From: a bacterium DOLZORAL124_38_8
GTDB taxonomy: Bacteria > Patescibacteriota > Gracilibacteria > UBA4473
Assembly: GCA_002747745.1 (NCBI GenBank)
Contig: PDQG01000004.1
Span: 37,646-101,645 of the forward strand
Length of the DNA stretch: 64,000 bases
Direction of reading: 5' to 3'
How positions within the stretch are numbered: position 1 is the stretch's first letter; each line of letters begins with the position of its first letter. The position numbers were made by a program, and so were the translations under genes. Below, one piece after another: positions 48,427 to 58,466 of this stretch. Below the pieces are notes generated by a model. It saw only the letters and a list, made by a program, of their open reading frames with translations. It did no database searches and was not told the DNA's origin.

Positions 48427-50798
48427 CCCAATGACAATAACGATTCGTACTGCTCAGAAAACAAGAACAATTGTTTAAAGTATGATCGTTTTTCTTCTGG
48501 CAATGACTGAATTGATTGACCACCGCTCAAAACACGGTCTACTTGTACCGACACTTGTTTGTATACCGCATCTTCAATTTCTTCTTGCAGAGTTTGCGGC
48601 AATCGTTTTCGCATATAAAATGCCATACGAGCTAAACTCACATTCGGACCCGTAATGATTCTTGATAAACTCTGAACATACTCGGTCTTTCCGAGCTTCA
48701 GCAATGCAATCAGTATTTGTACTCGCAACACCCCCGTTTTACTTGGCAGTTTTTGCTCCAATTTTGGAATAAAGTCTTTTAATTTTAGTTCTCCGACCGC
48801 GTACACTCCAGAAATAATATGTTCTTCCATCAAATCATCAATCATATTGTGCAACAACGATCGCAGATAATCTTTGTTATGATAAAATTTCCAAATAGCG
48901 AGAATTACGTGCGACCGAATACGAGAACTTTCGTGTTCGAGTTTTGGCAGTAATTCATTTAAAATTTCAGGGTCATCAAACTGCATACAAGACCGCAAAC
49001 AAATCGACAACAAATGCTCATCGCCCGACACCAACATATCTCGGAAGAAATCAACCGTTTTCGCATTTGAAATATGCTTAAACATATTCATCAACGCCAG
49101 TTTTTTTACGTGTGAGTGCTGCGTTAAGGTGAATAAATTTTGCCAAGTTTCGAACAGTTTATGTTCAGTAAACGCCTTTTTACGACAATACATTTTTAGT
49201 TTTTCGTCGGCATACAAAGCTTCTAGCACATGAATTTTAATTTCATCTGATTCGTTTTGGTTATTCAAAATATGCAAATACGCGTGTACCACCGACGAAA
49301 CCTGTATTTCTTGCAAGGTGGCAATAATTTTTTGTCGCAAAATAGACGGCTGATTCTTTTGCAATAATATCTGAGACAAACTTTTCGCCACTTGTTCATC
49401 GCCTTGAAACGATTCTAACATTTCTAGCATATGAATTTTCTCTTCTACACTCTCGGCCGTTTGGAAATTTTCAAGCGTGAACTGGGCAAAATGACGATTC
49501 AAATACCATCCAATAAGCAACAACGTTACCACAAGCGCTAATAACCCCCAAGAAGCCGGCAACACAAACCAGATAATACCAGCCCCAAGCATACTTCCTA
49601 ATGGCCAAATAATCCCATGCAACAGATGTCGTAATTTCTCACGAATTTTCTCGTTACAGGCATAAAAACTTATGTGATATGGAGAAGCAAACAATGAGTA
49701 GGTTCCGTGTTGAATTCCTTTCAAAATTTCAGCCGAACTTTTTCCAAAAAAGAACGACAGAACCCCCATCGCAAAGAAAGACAAATACGAAAGAATGGCT
49801 CCAAAAACCCCCAGTTTTTTCAGCAACCGTGGCGTCAAAAACAACTTGAAAAATAAGGCGATTAACCCCGTAATCAAAGCAAAGAACCCCAATTCGTGCG
49901 CTACAGTTTTCCCGGCCATACTTACCACTTTTTGTTCGAGTATTTGTGCTTTTTCAGCGATATCAAAAAGATTCGCCTGCAAAAAATCAAATGACCATGC
50001 ATCTTGCACAATTACTTCATGATGAGTTTGAACCTCATGTAAAAATGAAATTTCTAAAACCGCAAATAGTGCCGCTTGCAACAACACCATTCCTACTACG
50101 CCACGAATGAAATTTCTTCTTAAAAATTGAGCCCCATCGATCACTGATAAGGAGTTTCGAATTCGAGGAATTTTATGTACAGAAAATTCTTTGATGGTTT
50201 GTACAAGTTGCGGTTCCCGTTTAATTAAAAATAATAATAATACAAGCGGAAACGCCCACCAATAAAACAACGACAACAAACTATTTGACAGTTGTAATAC
50301 GATGAGCACAAACGCCGACCCCAACACCAATCCAATGGTTTCGGCCGTTTCAATAAACGGAATGGCTTTTTGTGCAATATGTGGTGTAAAAAACGATTCA
50401 ATCTTTTTAAATAATCCCAATTGCAATTGAGGATAAATAAGTGATTTTGCCAATAAAGCTACCCCTAAAATAAACCCTAAATTATGTTGAAAAAACACTA
50501 CCGACACACCAATAACCATCAACAAAACCCAAATAATTTTTTTCAAAAAATAATTCGTTTTCGTTTGTAAAAAATACTTTCGGGTCACCCACGACCCCAA
50601 CATTATCAACAGCCCTTCGGCTATAAACAAAAAGGGAATATTTTTAACTCCAAAGATTTTTAAAAACAGGGTTGAGGTTAAAATCCATACAAATAAGAAC
50701 CCCATTTGAAACAATAAAGAACAAGTCCACAAAAACCACACTCGGTTTCGTACGAGTTTTGGAAAATGCACCACTTGTTTTAAAGTATTCGAAATCAT
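48423..50798 (-). CDS. Polytopic membrane protein (MFS/TLC-transporter-like) fused to a C-terminal HEAT-like repeat domain
   Basis: About 10-12 hydrophobic helices fill the first ~440 aa. The rest is helical repeats such as ..LPKLEHESSRIRSHVILAIWKF.. and ..KLEQKLPSKTGVLRVQILIALLKLG... Any nucleotide-transporter (TLC) relationship is only a guess. Confidence 0.5.
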   Translation of the reverse strand: MISNTLKQVVHFPKLVRNRVWFLWTCSLLFQMGFLFVWILTSTLFLKIFGVKNIPFLFIAEGLLIMLGSWVTRKYFLQTKTNYFLKKIIWVLLMVIGVSVVFFQHNLGFILGVALLAKSLIYPQLQLGLFKKIESFFTPHIAQKAIPFIETAETIGLVLGSAFVLIVLQLSNSLLSLFYWWAFPLVLLLFLIKREPQLVQTIKEFSVHKIPRIRNSLSVIDGAQFLRRNFIRGVVGMVLLQAALFAVLEISFLHEVQTHHEVIVQDAWSFDFLQANLFDIAEKAQILEQKVVSMAGKTVAHELGFFALITGLIALFFKLFLTPRLLKKLGVFGAILSYLSFFAMGVLSFFFGKSSAEILKGIQHGTYSLFASPYHISFYACNEKIREKLRHLLHGIIWPLGSMLGAGIIWFVLPASWGLLALVVTLLLIGWYLNRHFAQFTLENFQTAESVEEKIHMLEMLESFQGDEQVAKSLSQILLQKNQPSILRQKIIATLQEIQVSSVVHAYLHILNNQNESDEIKIHVLEALYADEKLKMYCRKKAFTEHKLFETWQNLFTLTQHSHVKKLALMNMFKHISNAKTVDFFRDMLVSGDEHLLSICLRSCMQFDDPEILNELLPKLEHESSRIRSHVILAIWKFYHNKDYLRSLLHNMIDDLMEEHIISGVYAVGELKLKDFIPKLEQKLPSKTGVLRVQILIALLKLGKTEYVQSLSRIITGPNVSLARMAFYMRKRLPQTLQEEIEDAVYKQVSVQVDRVLSGGQSIQSLPEEKRSYFKQLFLFSEQYESLLSLG

Positions 50799-50885
50799 AA
50801 CAAGTAATTATACCAGTTTTTTCAAAAAAAATCAAATGGAAAATATAAAATCATTTTTACACAGAAAATTAATAACTTATTAACT

Positions 50886-50904
50886 CCCCGTACTTGATAC
50901 GGGG
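50886..50904. repeat. Hairpin element, copy 2 of the exact 17-nt repeat
   Basis: CCCCGTA cttga TACGGGG. The core at 50887-50903 is identical to 20885-20901. Confidence 0.8.
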
Positions 50905-50953
50905 TCTTCCTTCTCACTTTTTGTCAATACTATGTTTAAAAATCACCCCTAAC

Positions 50954-51164
50954 CCCTCTTTAAAATAAAAGAGGGAGTAAAAATAGAACACTTTTTATTT
51001 CTCTCCTTAAAGGAAAAACTAAGTGGGGTTATTTTTTACAACAGTTGTCACTCCGACTTGTTCGGAGTCCAAAAGTATTTATCGATTTAAACTGTTTTTG
51101 GATTCTGGGCTGCGTCAGAATGACACGAAAAAATATGGAAGAGATTCCGTGTCAAAGCACGGAA
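50954..51164. repeat. Cluster of further stem-loops in the same intergenic region
   Basis: CCCTCTTT/AAAGAGGG (50954-50975); ACTCCGA cttgt TCGGAGT (51050-51068); ATTCTG..CAGAAT (51102-51121); TTCCGTG tcaaag CACGGAA (51145-51164). Confidence 0.65.
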
Positions 51165-51179
51165 ATTTATTGAACGCAT

Positions 51180-51207
51180 TTGTATATTTCTATCATTCAA
51201 TTATAAT
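51180..51207 (+). promoter_or_regulatory. Sigma70-like promoter of holA, leaderless geometry
   Basis: TTGTAT (51180-51185), 16-nt spacer, TATAAT (51202-51207), then 9 nt to the ATG at 51217. Confidence 0.5.
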
Positions 51208-51216
51208 CGCGCCGAT

Positions 51217-52191
51217 ATGATACAAAATTTGGTGTTATTAACTGGAACGGACACGTTTCGACTGAAAGAACGAATCAATTTTTTTCGAACCAAATTTGCC
51301 GAAAAACACCCAGATGGAGAGATAATTTTTTTTGACGACAGTACCGAATTTCCCGACCTCGAAAATGCCGTTTTGACTCCCAATTTGTTTGGCGGAAAAC
51401 GACTCATTTTTTGTGAGAATTTTTGGAATACGGATAAATTTCAAAAAGCTGAAAAAGTACAGTTTTTCGAACATCTACCAAATAACGCCGACACTGTTAC
51501 CCTAATTGTATCTGAGCCAAAATTAGACAAACGCTTAAAAGGCTCAAAATTTTTATTAAAAAACGCCAAAACCGAAACCTTTGAACCGCTCCCCGAATAC
51601 GAATTAGGACAATGGATTCAAAAAACAGCCAAACAACACGATGCGTTTATTTCGAATGCCAATGCCCAATTTTTACTTAACCGAGTAGGACCGGATTTAT
51701 GGAATTTATCGCAAGAAATACAAAAACTTGCCACCGCCAACAACGGCGAAATAACCAAAGAATCGATTGAAACACAAACGATTGCTAACCCACAAAGCCA
51801 AATCTGGGGGTTTACCGAAGCCTTAAGCCAAAAAAACACGGCCTTGGCACTCCATCGTTTTCACGAATTATTACAGAGCGGACAAAGTCCACACGAAATT
51901 TTCCCAATGTTGTTACGTGAAACCAGAATTCACGCCCAAATCCGAGACGGAATTGACCGCCAACTCACCAGCCAACAAATTGCGATCGAAACCAAATTAC
52001 ATCCGTTTGTCGTAAAAAAAACGCATAAACTCACGCAAAAATTCTCGGCCGACCAAATAAAAACTATGTACGACGAACTATTTGCCATTGATAAAAAATT
52101 AAAAACGGGTGGTATTTATAGTTTTCAAGGTGATTACACCGAGTTTGAACTACTCATCGAAACCTTTATTATCAACACATGCCAAACTTAA
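51217..52191 (+). CDS. holA: DNA polymerase III subunit delta
   Basis: Size and pattern fit HolA: ..LLTG.D.F...E.......F.., ..LF.GKRLI.., ..L..E..KL and a C-terminal helical domain. Similarity is modest. Confidence 0.7.
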   Translation: MIQNLVLLTGTDTFRLKERINFFRTKFAEKHPDGEIIFFDDSTEFPDLENAVLTPNLFGGKRLIFCENFWNTDKFQKAEKVQFFEHLPNNADTVTLIVSEPKLDKRLKGSKFLLKNAKTETFEPLPEYELGQWIQKTAKQHDAFISNANAQFLLNRVGPDLWNLSQEIQKLATANNGEITKESIETQTIANPQSQIWGFTEALSQKNTALALHRFHELLQSGQSPHEIFPMLLRETRIHAQIRDGIDRQLTSQQIAIETKLHPFVVKKTHKLTQKFSADQIKTMYDELFAIDKKLKTGGIYSFQGDYTEFELLIETFIINTCQT

Positions 52192-52994
52192 ATTTAATTT
52201 CGGTTCTTATTTTTGCGTTTGCAGGCGCTTGTTTTGGAAGTTTTGCCGGCGTAGTAATCGACCGACTTTTTGCCGATCAAGACGGAATATTCTGGGGTCG
52301 TTCGCGGTGCGAACATACCGGAAAATTACTCCAATGGTGGGAAATGATTCCGATTTTTTCCTATCTTGGACTCCGCGGAAAATCAGCCCACAGCGGGAAA
52401 CCAATTCCATTTTGGTATTTAGCAATGGAACTAACGTTTGCCGTTGTTTTTGGGGCTTTTGCGCACCAATTTTTGCCCACTATTTTACAAGCCGAATACC
52501 TTACACCACTCCTAACGCTTGGAGCCTTATTTGCCGCCTTACTGCTATTTTTTTACGACGCTCGACATTTCTTGGTAGATCGCCGCATTTCCTTTCCAGC
52601 CATTGCCCTGGCTTTGGGCTGGGCTCTATTTAAAGAAAACACCATCGATTTATTGATTGGTGGAGCAATTGGATTTAGTTTTTATTTTGCCCAATGGAAA
52701 ATATCCAACGGGAAATGGGTTGGTGCTGGCGACCAAGAACTCGGACTATTTATGGGCTTATTACTCGGCTGGAAAAGTTTACTCTGGGCATTACTACTCT
52801 CATATATTTTGGGGTCGATTATTGCCATTGGAATGATGGTTGGCAACCCCAAAGTCGGGCTTAAATCGGCTTTACCAATGGGCGCGTTTTTGATGCCAAT
52901 TTTGATTTTATTTTTGTTGTATCCACAAAAAATTTGGGCGTTATACGACCAATATATGGCCTTAAATGACCACTTTTTACAAGCCCTATTTTAG
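52179..52994 (+). CDS. pilD: Prepilin peptidase (A24 family)
   Basis: ..CFGSFAGVVIDRL.., the ..GRSRCEHTGKLLQWWEMIPIFSYL.. zinc/Cys region, and ..GAGDQELGLFMGLLLGW.. with the second catalytic Asp. It overlaps the holA 3' end by 13 nt. Confidence 0.85.
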   Translation: MPNLNLISVLIFAFAGACFGSFAGVVIDRLFADQDGIFWGRSRCEHTGKLLQWWEMIPIFSYLGLRGKSAHSGKPIPFWYLAMELTFAVVFGAFAHQFLPTILQAEYLTPLLTLGALFAALLLFFYDARHFLVDRRISFPAIALALGWALFKENTIDLLIGGAIGFSFYFAQWKISNGKWVGAGDQELGLFMGLLLGWKSLLWALLLSYILGSIIAIGMMVGNPKVGLKSALPMGAFLMPILILFLLYPQKIWALYDQYMALNDHFLQALF

Positions 52995-54652
52995 CCTAAC
53001 AATTGTTTCCGAATATCAGCCGCTTGCTGAGCCGATTGTCGTTTGTCAAAGTCTGATTTAAAGACTTTCAAGAATTTTTTCATTTCTACTTTGGCTTCTT
53101 TTTCCGAAAAGAATTCCCCGTATTTTTCAGCCATATACAATTTAAATCCAATCATTTTTTGTTGCTCCGCATCACTCAACACGGTTTCAAACTCTGGCCA
53201 AGCCCGAGTTACTTTTTGCGCTAACTCGGTGTGTAAAATTTCGGATAATCGTTGTGTTTTTTCGAGCGGGAAGATTGTTGGAAACAACTGCCAAAACCCT
53301 AAAAAACTTTCTTCTCGGGTCAGTAATATTTTGTTTTCAGGTACGAATTTTTCGGTTTGGTATTTTGTTTTTTTACTCGCAAAGTTTTCAAACTCGGTTT
53401 TGATAATGCCTTTGGCTCGCTGCATTTTTTTAGCCACCGCCTCAATGTAAAAATCAACTTCAACCGGTCGAGACACCAGCTTTAAATAGTAAAAAAAATA
53501 GTCTAAAAACTTCTTTTCGCCTTCAATTCCTTTATTTTTAAAAGTATGCCAAAACTTGTCCAAAAAAAAGTCTAGCGCCTTAACTGGTTGCCGTACTTTA
53601 TTCCGTACGATTTCAGCATCTTGTTGCAAGGCCTCATCAATATCTTTGGCCGTTTCGAACGATATCACAAACGGATTCATTTCAAAGCGCAACGCCATTT
53701 CTACCCCTTTCATGGTGGCTTTTTTCCCGGCAGAATCAGAATCAAACGCAAACGCAATGTTTTTAGTAATACGACTCAAAATCCGCATATGGTCTTCGGT
53801 AAGCGATGTTCCACAAGTAGCCACCACATTCGTCAATCCTGCTTGGTGGGCGGAAATAACATCAAAATTTCCTTCTACCAAAACCGCCATATCCTGGTCT
53901 TTCATCGCTTTCCGAGCCCGATCGAGCCCAAATAAGATTGACGACTTATGATACAACGGATTTTCAGGTGAGTTTTTGTATTTGGCCTTCGATTTTCCGG
54001 TAATATCTCGCCCCGAAAAAGCAATCACTTTCCCGTTTCGAGCTTCGAATATTGGCACTAAAACCCGATCATTAAACCGATCTAGCAACGATTGGTCATT
54101 CGACACAAACGCCACCCCAGACTCAACAATAGCCGCTTGCTCAAACCCTTCTTTTCGCAAAAAATTGGCCACTCCATTTTTAGATTTTCCCCCAAACCCA
54201 ATCCGCCACGCTTGAATGGTTTCATCGGTAATGCCCCGTTGGTACAGGTATTTTTTTACGGCTGGATTTTTACTTAATGCTGTTTCAAAAAACTTGGCGG
54301 CTGCTTCGTGCAAATCGTACTGATTTTGTTTTACTTCTTTTTTTTGCCCAAAGTTTTGCGATTCCATTTTCGGAACTTCCATTCCGACTTGCTGAGCCAA
54401 TAATTCAACGGCCTCAAAAAACGAATAATTCTCAATTTTTTCAACAAACGAAATCACATCACCTCCTTCACTGGCACCAAAATCGTACCAGAGATTCTTT
54501 TCTGGATCGACAAAAAAACTTGGTGTACGCTCGTTCCGAAACGGACTCCGACCGCGCCAACTCTTGCCGGATTTTTTCAGCGAAGTGTATTTTCCGACCA
54601 CTTCCCGAATATCCACGCGCGCCTTTAAATCTTCTAAAAATCTATCTTTCAT
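52991..54652 (-). CDS. dnaG: DNA primase
   Basis: Zinc-binding region ..GRSPFRNERTPSFFVDPEKNLWYDFGASEGGDVISFV.. and TOPRIM motifs ..VLVEGNFDVIS.. and ..AFDSDSAG... The internal ATG at 54652 was chosen as start. Confidence 0.9.
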   Translation of the reverse strand: MKDRFLEDLKARVDIREVVGKYTSLKKSGKSWRGRSPFRNERTPSFFVDPEKNLWYDFGASEGGDVISFVEKIENYSFFEAVELLAQQVGMEVPKMESQNFGQKKEVKQNQYDLHEAAAKFFETALSKNPAVKKYLYQRGITDETIQAWRIGFGGKSKNGVANFLRKEGFEQAAIVESGVAFVSNDQSLLDRFNDRVLVPIFEARNGKVIAFSGRDITGKSKAKYKNSPENPLYHKSSILFGLDRARKAMKDQDMAVLVEGNFDVISAHQAGLTNVVATCGTSLTEDHMRILSRITKNIAFAFDSDSAGKKATMKGVEMALRFEMNPFVISFETAKDIDEALQQDAEIVRNKVRQPVKALDFFLDKFWHTFKNKGIEGEKKFLDYFFYYLKLVSRPVEVDFYIEAVAKKMQRAKGIIKTEFENFASKKTKYQTEKFVPENKILLTREESFLGFWQLFPTIFPLEKTQRLSEILHTELAQKVTRAWPEFETVLSDAEQQKMIGFKLYMAEKYGEFFSEKEAKVEMKKFLKVFKSDFDKRQSAQQAADIRKQLLG

Positions 54653-54693
54653 AGTCGTTTTCTTTTTGACAGATTTACCCAGAAAAATCAAAC

Positions 54694-54721
54694 AAAAAAA
54701 GCCGATTGAAGCAATCGGCTT
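54694..54721 (-). terminator. Intrinsic terminator of mscL
   Basis: Minus strand: AAGCCGATTG ctt CAATCGGCTT followed by TTTTTTTG. Confidence 0.7.
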
Positions 54722-54748
54722 TAAAAGAATAGAGGAACGAAACAGAAA

Positions 54749-55141
54749 TTATTTCTTTTTCATTTCTTTTAAGATTTTTTCCAACAATTCTTCGGTAGTT
54801 GGTCCAGCTGGTGCGGCTGGAGCTTCTTCTTTTTTGGCTTGTAGTTTTTCGTACGCTTTTACAAATACAAAAATAGCCGCTCCAATAATTACAAAGTCAA
54901 CAATTGTTTGCACAAACGCTCCGTAATTAAGCGTTACCGCGGCCACTTCTCCTTCCGCCGCTTTTAGTACAAATTTTAAGTCTTTAAAATCAACTCCACC
55001 AACTAATACACCAACGGCTGGCATAATAATATCGTTTACCAATGAGGTAACAATGGTTTTGAATGCCCCACCGATAATAAAGGCTACGGCTAAATCAACC
55101 ACGTTTCCTTTCATCAAAAAGTTTTTAAAGTCTTTCAACAT
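54749..55141 (-). CDS. mscL: Large-conductance mechanosensitive channel
   Basis: [41 protein letters not shown].. is the canonical MscL N-terminus. Confidence 0.95.
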   Translation of the reverse strand: MLKDFKNFLMKGNVVDLAVAFIIGGAFKTIVTSLVNDIIMPAVGVLVGGVDFKDLKFVLKAAEGEVAAVTLNYGAFVQTIVDFVIIGAAIFVFVKAYEKLQAKKEEAPAAPAGPTTEELLEKILKEMKKK

Positions 55142-55243
55142 TTGTAATAAAAAATTAAATAAATACATCCGCAGTATCTCGTATTTTTAAAAAACTGTCA
55201 ATTGGCTAGAATTTTACCAAGTTCTTAGTATTATTAAGATAAT

Positions 55244-56446
55244 ATGAAGATTGATTTTTCGGTAAACGAATCCACGGTCAAAAAATTTTCTACGGTGATA
55301 CAAAGAACTGTTTTAGATTTTGCCGCAAAAGATATTGGGTTTTATAAACCCTGTGCCGAAGAACAAGCCATTAAAAACTTTGCTGCCGAAAACGCCGACC
55401 AATACAAAGCCTTTGTGGTGTTAGGCATTGGCGGATCAGCGCTTGGAACACGAGCCTTACGAGACGCTTTACAAACCGATTTTAGCAAAAAATTATTTAT
55501 CTTAGACACACTTGATTCGCAAAGCATTTTAGAAGTAGAGTCGCAAATTGAGCTAGAAAAGACGCTCTTTATTACCATTAGTAAATCTGGTAGAACCATG
55601 GAGACGATGGCCTTATTTGATTATTTTTCATCAAAATTTCGCAAAAAAGATATTCCACTAAAACAAAACTTTGTGGCCATTACTGGTCCAACAGGACTTT
55701 TACATGATATTTGCGAAGCCGAAGATTTGCCACGGTTTTGGGTGCCAGAAAATGTTGGCGGACGGTTTAGTGTGTTAACCGCAGTGGGGTTACTTCCAGC
55801 CGCTCTGATAGGGATTGATATTGAAAAAATTCTGGACGGAGCTCAACAAATGGCTTCTCATTTACTTTGTCAGGATTTTGCAAAAAACCAACCGTTCCAG
55901 TTAGCCAGCCAAATGTTTACGCATTTTCAAAATGGACAAAAAACGGTCGTATTAATGCCCTACATTGCCAAACTCAAAACATTTACCGAATGGTTCGTGC
56001 AATTATTGGCCGAATCTACCGGAAAAAACAATGACGGATTAACGCCGATTCCCGCTTTAGGGCCGATTGACCAACACAGCCAACTGCAATTATTTTTGGA
56101 CGGCCCAACCGACAAACAAGTTTGGTTTATAGGGCAATCGCACCGAGACTCACACATTACAACGCAAACACTTCACCATTACGATAAATTTTCGTACCTA
56201 CGTGGGCACTCGTTTCAACACATTATTAACGCCCAATTACAAGCCACTGCCCAAAGTTTAACCGAGAAAGCCCGCCCGAACCATATCATTCAAATTGAAG
56301 CCTTGGATGAAACCACACTGGGAGCCTTAATTATATTGTTCGAAGGAGCCGTCGCCTTTTTGGGAGAATTTTTAGAGGTCAACGCTTTTAATCAACCCGC
56401 GGTTGAGCGAGGGAAGTTGTTAACGAAAGAAGTGTTGAGGGACTAA
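55244..56446 (+). CDS. pgi: Glucose-6-phosphate isomerase (short form)
   Basis: ..VVLGIGGSALG.RA.., ..ISKSG.T.ET.. and ..VGGRFSVL.AVGLLP.. SIS-domain motifs. Confidence 0.85.
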   Translation: MKIDFSVNESTVKKFSTVIQRTVLDFAAKDIGFYKPCAEEQAIKNFAAENADQYKAFVVLGIGGSALGTRALRDALQTDFSKKLFILDTLDSQSILEVESQIELEKTLFITISKSGRTMETMALFDYFSSKFRKKDIPLKQNFVAITGPTGLLHDICEAEDLPRFWVPENVGGRFSVLTAVGLLPAALIGIDIEKILDGAQQMASHLLCQDFAKNQPFQLASQMFTHFQNGQKTVVLMPYIAKLKTFTEWFVQLLAESTGKNNDGLTPIPALGPIDQHSQLQLFLDGPTDKQVWFIGQSHRDSHITTQTLHHYDKFSYLRGHSFQHIINAQLQATAQSLTEKARPNHIIQIEALDETTLGALIILFEGAVAFLGEFLEVNAFNQPAVERGKLLTKEVLRD

Positions 56447-56455
56447 AACTCAGTC

Positions 56456-56477
56456 ATTCCAAGCGAAGCGATGGAAT
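56456..56477. other. Stem-loop of the ATTCC..GGAAT family downstream of pgi
   Basis: ATTCCA (56456-56461), loop agcgaagcga, TGGAAT (56472-56477). There is no T-run. Confidence 0.5.
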
Positions 56478-56641
56478 CTACAACGACTTTCTACTTTAAT
56501 AAGGCATTAGATTGCCAGGCAATTTTTTATAAAAATTTGCTCGCAATGACTAACATTTCTGTAACAAAAGAGATGTTAAAGGATTGCATTTGACAAATTA
56601 CAAATTTAAACCTATAATAAAAGAAAATAACCCTTAAAACA

Positions 56642-57202
56642 ATGGCATTAGAAGATTTTAAAATAACTAAAGAAGAACTGGATTTACTAGAAATAAAATC
56701 CATTATATTGACACCTGAAGATGCTATTAATTTAGCAAAAGATGGATACCAGCTAGCAGTTAAAACTCTTTTGAGTTCTAAAAAAACTCCCGCATTTTTC
56801 TTGGAAGACCCTTCTCCATTACCAGAAGAATTAGTCTTAGAACTACACAACAAAGATATTGACTCTGCTCTTTGTTCTTCACTTAACTATTTTAGAAGAA
56901 TTGAACGAAATGAAATAGACAACGTCGATGTTCATTCTAAACACTTCAAACGATTACAAACTGCCAAAAATTTCTTCACAGAACACTATGAAAAATTCTC
57001 CCAAGACACTTCTATTAAGATGGGAATAGAAATCCCTGATCATGCTTATTCAGCATTTAAACTATTAACTCCATTAGTTGGTCCTGGAGAAATACACGAA
57101 TTATTTGTTTCTTACCTTAATAATAATGACTCAAATAAATCGGAAGAAATTAGTCCATTTAATCCAACAAAAATACCGTTTTACGAAGAGTATTCTAAAT
57201 AA
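56642..57202 (+). CDS. Hypothetical protein (186 aa)
   Basis: Clean ORF ending at a strong terminator. No recognisable motif. Confidence 0.45.
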   Translation: MALEDFKITKEELDLLEIKSIILTPEDAINLAKDGYQLAVKTLLSSKKTPAFFLEDPSPLPEELVLELHNKDIDSALCSSLNYFRRIERNEIDNVDVHSKHFKRLQTAKNFFTEHYEKFSQDTSIKMGIEIPDHAYSAFKLLTPLVGPGEIHELFVSYLNNNDSNKSEEISPFNPTKIPFYEEYSK

Positions 57203-57207
57203 AAAAA

Positions 57208-57231
57208 ATCCGCCGTTGGCGGATTTTTTTA
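57208..57231. terminator. Bidirectional intrinsic terminator
   Basis: ATCCGCC gttg GGCGGAT, with A8 upstream and T7 downstream. Confidence 0.7.
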
Positions 57232-57283
57232 TTCCCTGTTTTCTTATAACTTTACAAACAAAAGGATGGCACACAAATTTTTA

Positions 57284-57685
57284 TTACGCTGCCACCAAGG
57301 TAATTTGTGGTTTTGGTTTTTGTCGCCAAATAAAAAATGAACAAATAAAGGTCACAAAGGCTAAAGCCGCCATCACCAAATTTTGAGTTTCTAATTCTGC
57401 CGGAGTTACAAAGGAACTACAGAAATACAAAGCTCCCAAAGAAAGAACCATTCCCCCGAGAGAAGCCCATTTTTTTGTTTGTGGAATAAAAACTCCCACA
57501 GCCATTAAAATTTCAATCACCGCCACTATAATTCTCATCACATCTTCACTCATTCCAAAAAACGTCATTTGAGTAAACAGAGCCGTGAAATACGCCGTGT
57601 CTACAAATTTCAAATATATAGCAACATACAGCAAAATAAGTGCCAGTACCGTTCGAGGAAGATATTTTATAAAAGTTTCTTTCAT
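57284..57685 (-). CDS. Small 4-TM membrane protein (DoxX-like)
   Basis: Four hydrophobic helices, with size and spacing like the DoxX/DoxD family. The ATG at 57685 was chosen as start. Confidence 0.45.
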   Translation of the reverse strand: MKETFIKYLPRTVLALILLYVAIYLKFVDTAYFTALFTQMTFFGMSEDVMRIIVAVIEILMAVGVFIPQTKKWASLGGMVLSLGALYFCSSFVTPAELETQNLVMAALAFVTFICSFFIWRQKPKPQITLVAA

Positions 57686-57799
57686 GAGGTAAAATATTAA
57701 AAAATTCGATTTTATCATAAACAACCCCGTAAATTTATCAAATTATAGATTTTAAAATGAGACAAAAAATCCTTACGAAAAGGATATAAATTGTCTTAT

Positions 57800-57874
57800 T
57801 GGTGGGTCGGGTGAGGATCGAACTCACGGCCAACTGGTTAAGAGCCAGATGCTCTACCACTGAGCTACCGACCC
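57800..57874 (-). tRNA. tRNA-Lys (anticodon CTT), CCA encoded
   Basis: The reverse complement is GGGTCGGTAGCTCAGTGGTAGAGCATCTGGCTCTTAACCAGTTGGCCGTGAGTTCGATCCTCACCCGACCCACCA. The anticodon loop is CT-CTT-AA. Confidence 0.92.
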
Positions 57875-57940
57875 AATCACGGAATTATTTTTAGTGAAAA
57901 AAAATCCTTATAAAGAAGGACCTTTGTTTTTGATTTTTGG

Positions 57941-58015
57941 TGGTGGGTTGGGGCAGGATCGAACTGCCGGCCAACTGGTTAAAAGCCAGATGCTCTACCA
58001 CTGAGCTACCAACCC
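57941..58015 (-). tRNA. tRNA-Lys (anticodon TTT), CCA encoded
   Basis: The reverse complement is GGGTTGGTAGCTCAGTGGTAGAGCATCTGGCTTTTAACCAGTTGGCCGGCAGTTCGATCCTGCCCCAACCCACCA. The anticodon loop is CT-TTT-AA. Confidence 0.92.
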
Positions 58016-58020
58016 AAAGA

Positions 58021-58097
58021 TGGTGGAGTTAAAGGGACTCGAACCCTTGACCCCCTGCGTGCAAGGCAGGTGCTCTAGCCATCTGAGCTATAACCCC
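58021..58097 (-). tRNA. tRNA-Ala (anticodon TGC), CCA encoded
   Basis: The reverse complement is GGGGTTATAGCTCAGATGGCTAGAGCACCTGCCTTGCACGCAGGGGGTCAAGGGTTCGAGTCCCTTTAACTCCACCA. The G3:U70 identity pair is present. Confidence 0.92.
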
Positions 58098-58107
58098 ATC
58101 TTCTGCC

Positions 58108-58335
58108 TTAGAAAAATCTTCCAAGAGTAGTACTTAAAAATGCTTGCGGTGTACCAGTAAGCCACATAATAGAAACCATACTCACGCCAATGCCAAATAA
58201 TTTAACAAAGGTGTAGGTTCCACCACTTCCTATGTACCGTTCACACCAATCTATATCGCCAATATTTTGTACGATAATCTCAGCTTTTACGGTAATAAGT
58301 ATTCCCAAGGGAATCCCTAACAGAGGAAAAATCAT
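58108..58335 (-). CDS. Small hydrophobic protein (about 75 aa)
   Basis: Two predicted TM helices (..PLLGIPLGILITV.. and ..GIGVSMVSIMWL..). It ends 10 nt upstream of tRNA-Ala. Confidence 0.4.
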   Translation of the reverse strand: MIFPLLGIPLGILITVKAEIIVQNIGDIDWCERYIGSGGTYTFVKLFGIGVSMVSIMWLTGTPQAFLSTTLGRFF

Positions 58336-58466
58336 TTTCAAAAACAAAAAGAACTTTTAAAGCTTGACGATACTAATAATGACAAATTCTTTGTCAAAAA
58401 AGAATTGTATTTTTTTTGTATTTTTGATATAATAGTGAGAATTTATGCCTTATAAAGTACGTAATC

